Assembly (NCBI GenBank): GCA_002633005.1 | Contig: NMRA01000105.1 | Coordinates: 408,662 to 472,661, forward strand | Source of the DNA: Phoronis australis | Lineage: Eukaryota; Animalia; Phoronida | DNA: 64,000 nucleotides | Direction: 5' to 3' | Shown: one piece after another, positions 61,266 to 64,000 of the stretch | How positions within the stretch are numbered: the first letter of the stretch is position 1 | Layout: every line of letters begins with the position of its first letter | Program-made: the position numbers and the translations under genes | Notes under the pieces: model-generated | Told to the model about the DNA's origin: nothing | Database searches by the model: none | What the model saw: only the letters and a program-made list of their open reading frames with translations

Positions 61266-61500
61266 GGGGAGGCAGTGTGCCTAGCGTGATAGGTGCCCGC
61301 TTTCTTTACTCGAGGTCGTGGGTTCGAGTCCGAATGGGACACACTGCTAGAACCTTGAGTCAGGCTCTCTAGCTCCTCAGCTCGGTTTTAACTAAATAAA
61401 GGCCAAAAATAGTTCCATGCGATCAGTGCAATGGGCCCACATGCGTAGCCTGAGCACACCTGGTACAAGACGTTTCAGACTACCTGTAATTATTTTTTTT
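61266..61500 (+). mobile_element. tRNA-derived SINE, most intact copy
   Basis: A-box-like gtgcctagcgtg, B-box ggttcgagtcc, ~150-bp body, AT-rich tail; three copies in window. Confidence 0.8.
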
Positions 61501-61914
61501 TCTAAAAAAACAAAAAAAAATTGCAACTGTATCTCATGTGGTTCACTGGCTAATCAACAGGAGCCTTTACAAGGACTTAAACCCACCACAGGTAAAACAG
61601 CCAAAATATGCCATTGATACAATAACCCCTCTCGCTAAATTCCTGGATACGCCCCTGTGGTTTCAATGTAGTACTTATATATGCAGATGACACCAAACAG
61701 ACTACTTGGAAATTAGCGTAGGCCTTATGTAAAATGCACTACACAAAGGTCATGGTTCTGACCTTATTCTAACACCTCCATGATACACCAAGGTAACAAT
61801 TACAGCTCATCCACAGGCTTTATCATTAATGACCCACAGGTCAATTACTTAGCATTGATCACTGGCCCCATCAGCATTGACCACTGACCATCCAGAAAGT
61901 TAAGAGTTGCAAAC

Positions 61915-62310
61915 CAGGCCTTTATGCAGCATATGTCCTGGGCGTCTAAATGGACGCCCTAGCACTAATATGGATGCCCTGGCAAGGATGCCCAATGTAT
62001 CAGTTGGACGCCCACTATCAATAGGAACCTTTCAAGTTTGGACAGACACATTGTAATGATTACTAGGAAGCCTATAGAGACTCACAGTGGTGGCTCTTTT
62101 TTCAAAGCAGGAAGAAATATACAATGTTGCTATGCTCACACTTGTTTGACAGCATTTTAAAAACCTTGGTCTACAGTTTTTGTTAAAAAAATCCATGTGT
62201 TTGGGGGGATTGCTGGGGGTGGGGGGTTACGCGTCGGAATCATGGACGCCCTGGAATATTGGGAACCCCATTTTGGACACCCTATTTTCAAAATCCTGGA
62301 TAAAGGCCTG
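61915..62310. mobile_element. hAT-type MITE, 8-bp TSD TTGCAAAC
   Basis: ttgcaaac|caggcctttatgcag ... ctggataaaggcctg|ttgcaaac; homologous to 30049-30511. Confidence 0.92.
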
Positions 62311-62752
62311 TTGCAAACCCCTCATCTTTTTACTCATGAACTGGTATGGGTTAACAGTAATCTTTGGCTAAACGCACGCAACCTTTAGTTTTATTTTAAA
62401 CGACTATGCTTGGAATTAGGGGCTCTCTTAATGTTTGTACATGCAATCAAGACATTTGATTCCTTAAAATAAAGACACAAATCACTTGGCTTGATATCAC
62501 TAACAATTAGCACATTTTTTACATTCTGACATATTTTTATTTAAGGATGTAGGACCTTACTCCTAATTTTTTCCCTTTCCAATATTGATGTGTGTATCTT
62601 TATCTTCAATTCTAGTTAACTTTAAAATTAACATCTTGCTTGGTTATGGTAGAAAAAATTTCCAAGACCCCCCGTTGACCGCTTGTCTGCCATCGACTTA
62701 ACAACAGTACATTTGTGCCATGTGCACATACAGCACACATCACGAATTTTTG

Positions 62753-62935
62753 GCCGACCGGTCGGAAATTGGTCGACGACCGGCCGTCGACCGGTCGGCA
62801 AATTAGCCGACCGGTCGGCTAAAAATTAGCCGACCGGCAGCCGCCCGCAGTGCCGACTCATAAGGCGACCCCACAGCCGACCCTTCAGCCGACCCTTTAG
62901 CCGACCGGCCATCAGCCGACCAGCTGGTCGGCTGC
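62753..62935. repeat. GC-rich cluster of GCCGACC / GGTCGGC motifs in both orientations
   Basis: More than ten (g)ccgacc/ggtcgg motifs, including palindromes gccgaccggtcggc. Confidence 0.8.
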
Positions 62936-64000
62936 TATTTTTAGGCTAGAGTAGCAGTTGCGTAATAGGTTGTCAGGCTCATACCACTTTGCGTGTCGAT
63001 GTATATTCGTCTTAGCACAGGGTCAAATAAATTAACCTAGTTTTGCCGTCTCGGTTGCATGAGTTCACGTCGGTTGTGTAACACCACTACTTCGAAGGTT
63101 GAAGGCAAGCGGCATTAGTAAACATTGGATTATGGACAATGCAACAAGTTTTGGACGAAAAACGTGAAAGTTTTCTTTACATTTGATCTATAATTTGACT
63201 CCTGACGTTAACAAATTGTATTAGAGCGGTTGCTTCCCGGTCAATGCAAAGCTGTATAGTCATTTTGTAAACGCGGCTGTTTTTCGCAGTCTTCGCCCGC
63301 AATTGATTTTGTTTGTGTAACGCCAAACTGCATCGTTTTTGTGTGTTTTGAGTTATTCACCGGTCTCCTATCACGCGCACATGATGAAGGATTAGTGAGT
63401 GAGTTGTTACACCGCGAAGAGTTCTCACTCCGGGGATTTTATTTTCATAGTATTGACCCGGCGAAATTCACGGTCCAGTATGCCCTAAATTAACCCATGG
63501 ACTTCGACGGCTCTAACTTCGAAATCATACTATGGTTACGATTTCCACGAACTAAGACGGTGACATCAAACACGGAATGACCACTGTTGAGGCTACAGCC
63601 AATTGTAGCTTTGCGCATTCTGTTTTCATGTATCGGTGACGTTAAAATCTGGGCTAGTTACATGTACACGTAGGCCCCTATCAGTTGGTCGTTCACGTTG
63701 TTCCTAAAATAAACACTTTCTGTCAACAACATATTGACAAATTATGTAAAATATAACAATTGTGAACGGGAAGATGTGAATACGTGGTGAAGAGGTATTT
63801 GTCTCTACGCGGCATATGTGCGTGAATCTTTGGTAAAGCGATTGCGATGGCAAAAAATGATAGAAAATACATCAAGGTGCACTTTTGAGAAGCAAAGCGT
63901 CTGGTGATATTTATAGCGTATGATCTGGCCACCTCAGGTAGTAAGTGACGCTGAATGAGAAGTGGCAACTACATGTTTGGCTTGTAACGCCACCCCTCCC

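Overview
AT-rich, intron-rich invertebrate (metazoan) genomic DNA, not prokaryotic. Four spliced protein-coding genes can be assembled by hand from GT-AG exons: cytoplasmic seryl-tRNA synthetase (SARS1, +, 11 coding exons, 506 aa), an unnamed, probably myristoylated tandem-C2 synaptotagmin-like protein (-, 9 exons, 406 aa), proteasome alpha-5 (PSMA5, +, 8 coding exons, 241 aa) and a synaptophysin-family MARVEL protein (-, 5 coding exons, 244 aa). Introns and intergenic DNA hold many DNA-transposon derivatives: two internally deleted Kolobok-type elements with convergent THAP-transposase and P2X7-ballast-like (KolX) ORFs, a pogo/mariner-like family carrying a HIRAN-like remnant, and hAT- and Harbinger-type MITEs. 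There are also Penelope remnants with degenerate hammerhead-like motifs, tRNA-derived SINEs and minisatellites. Highlights: an in-frame triplication of the SARS exon-10 splice acceptor inside catalytic motif 3, apparent SARS-PSMA5-synaptophysin microsynteny with human 1p13.3, an exact ATF4-type amino-acid response element core in SARS intron 1, and the uncharacterised C2 protein. All calls come from manual reading; no database searches were run.
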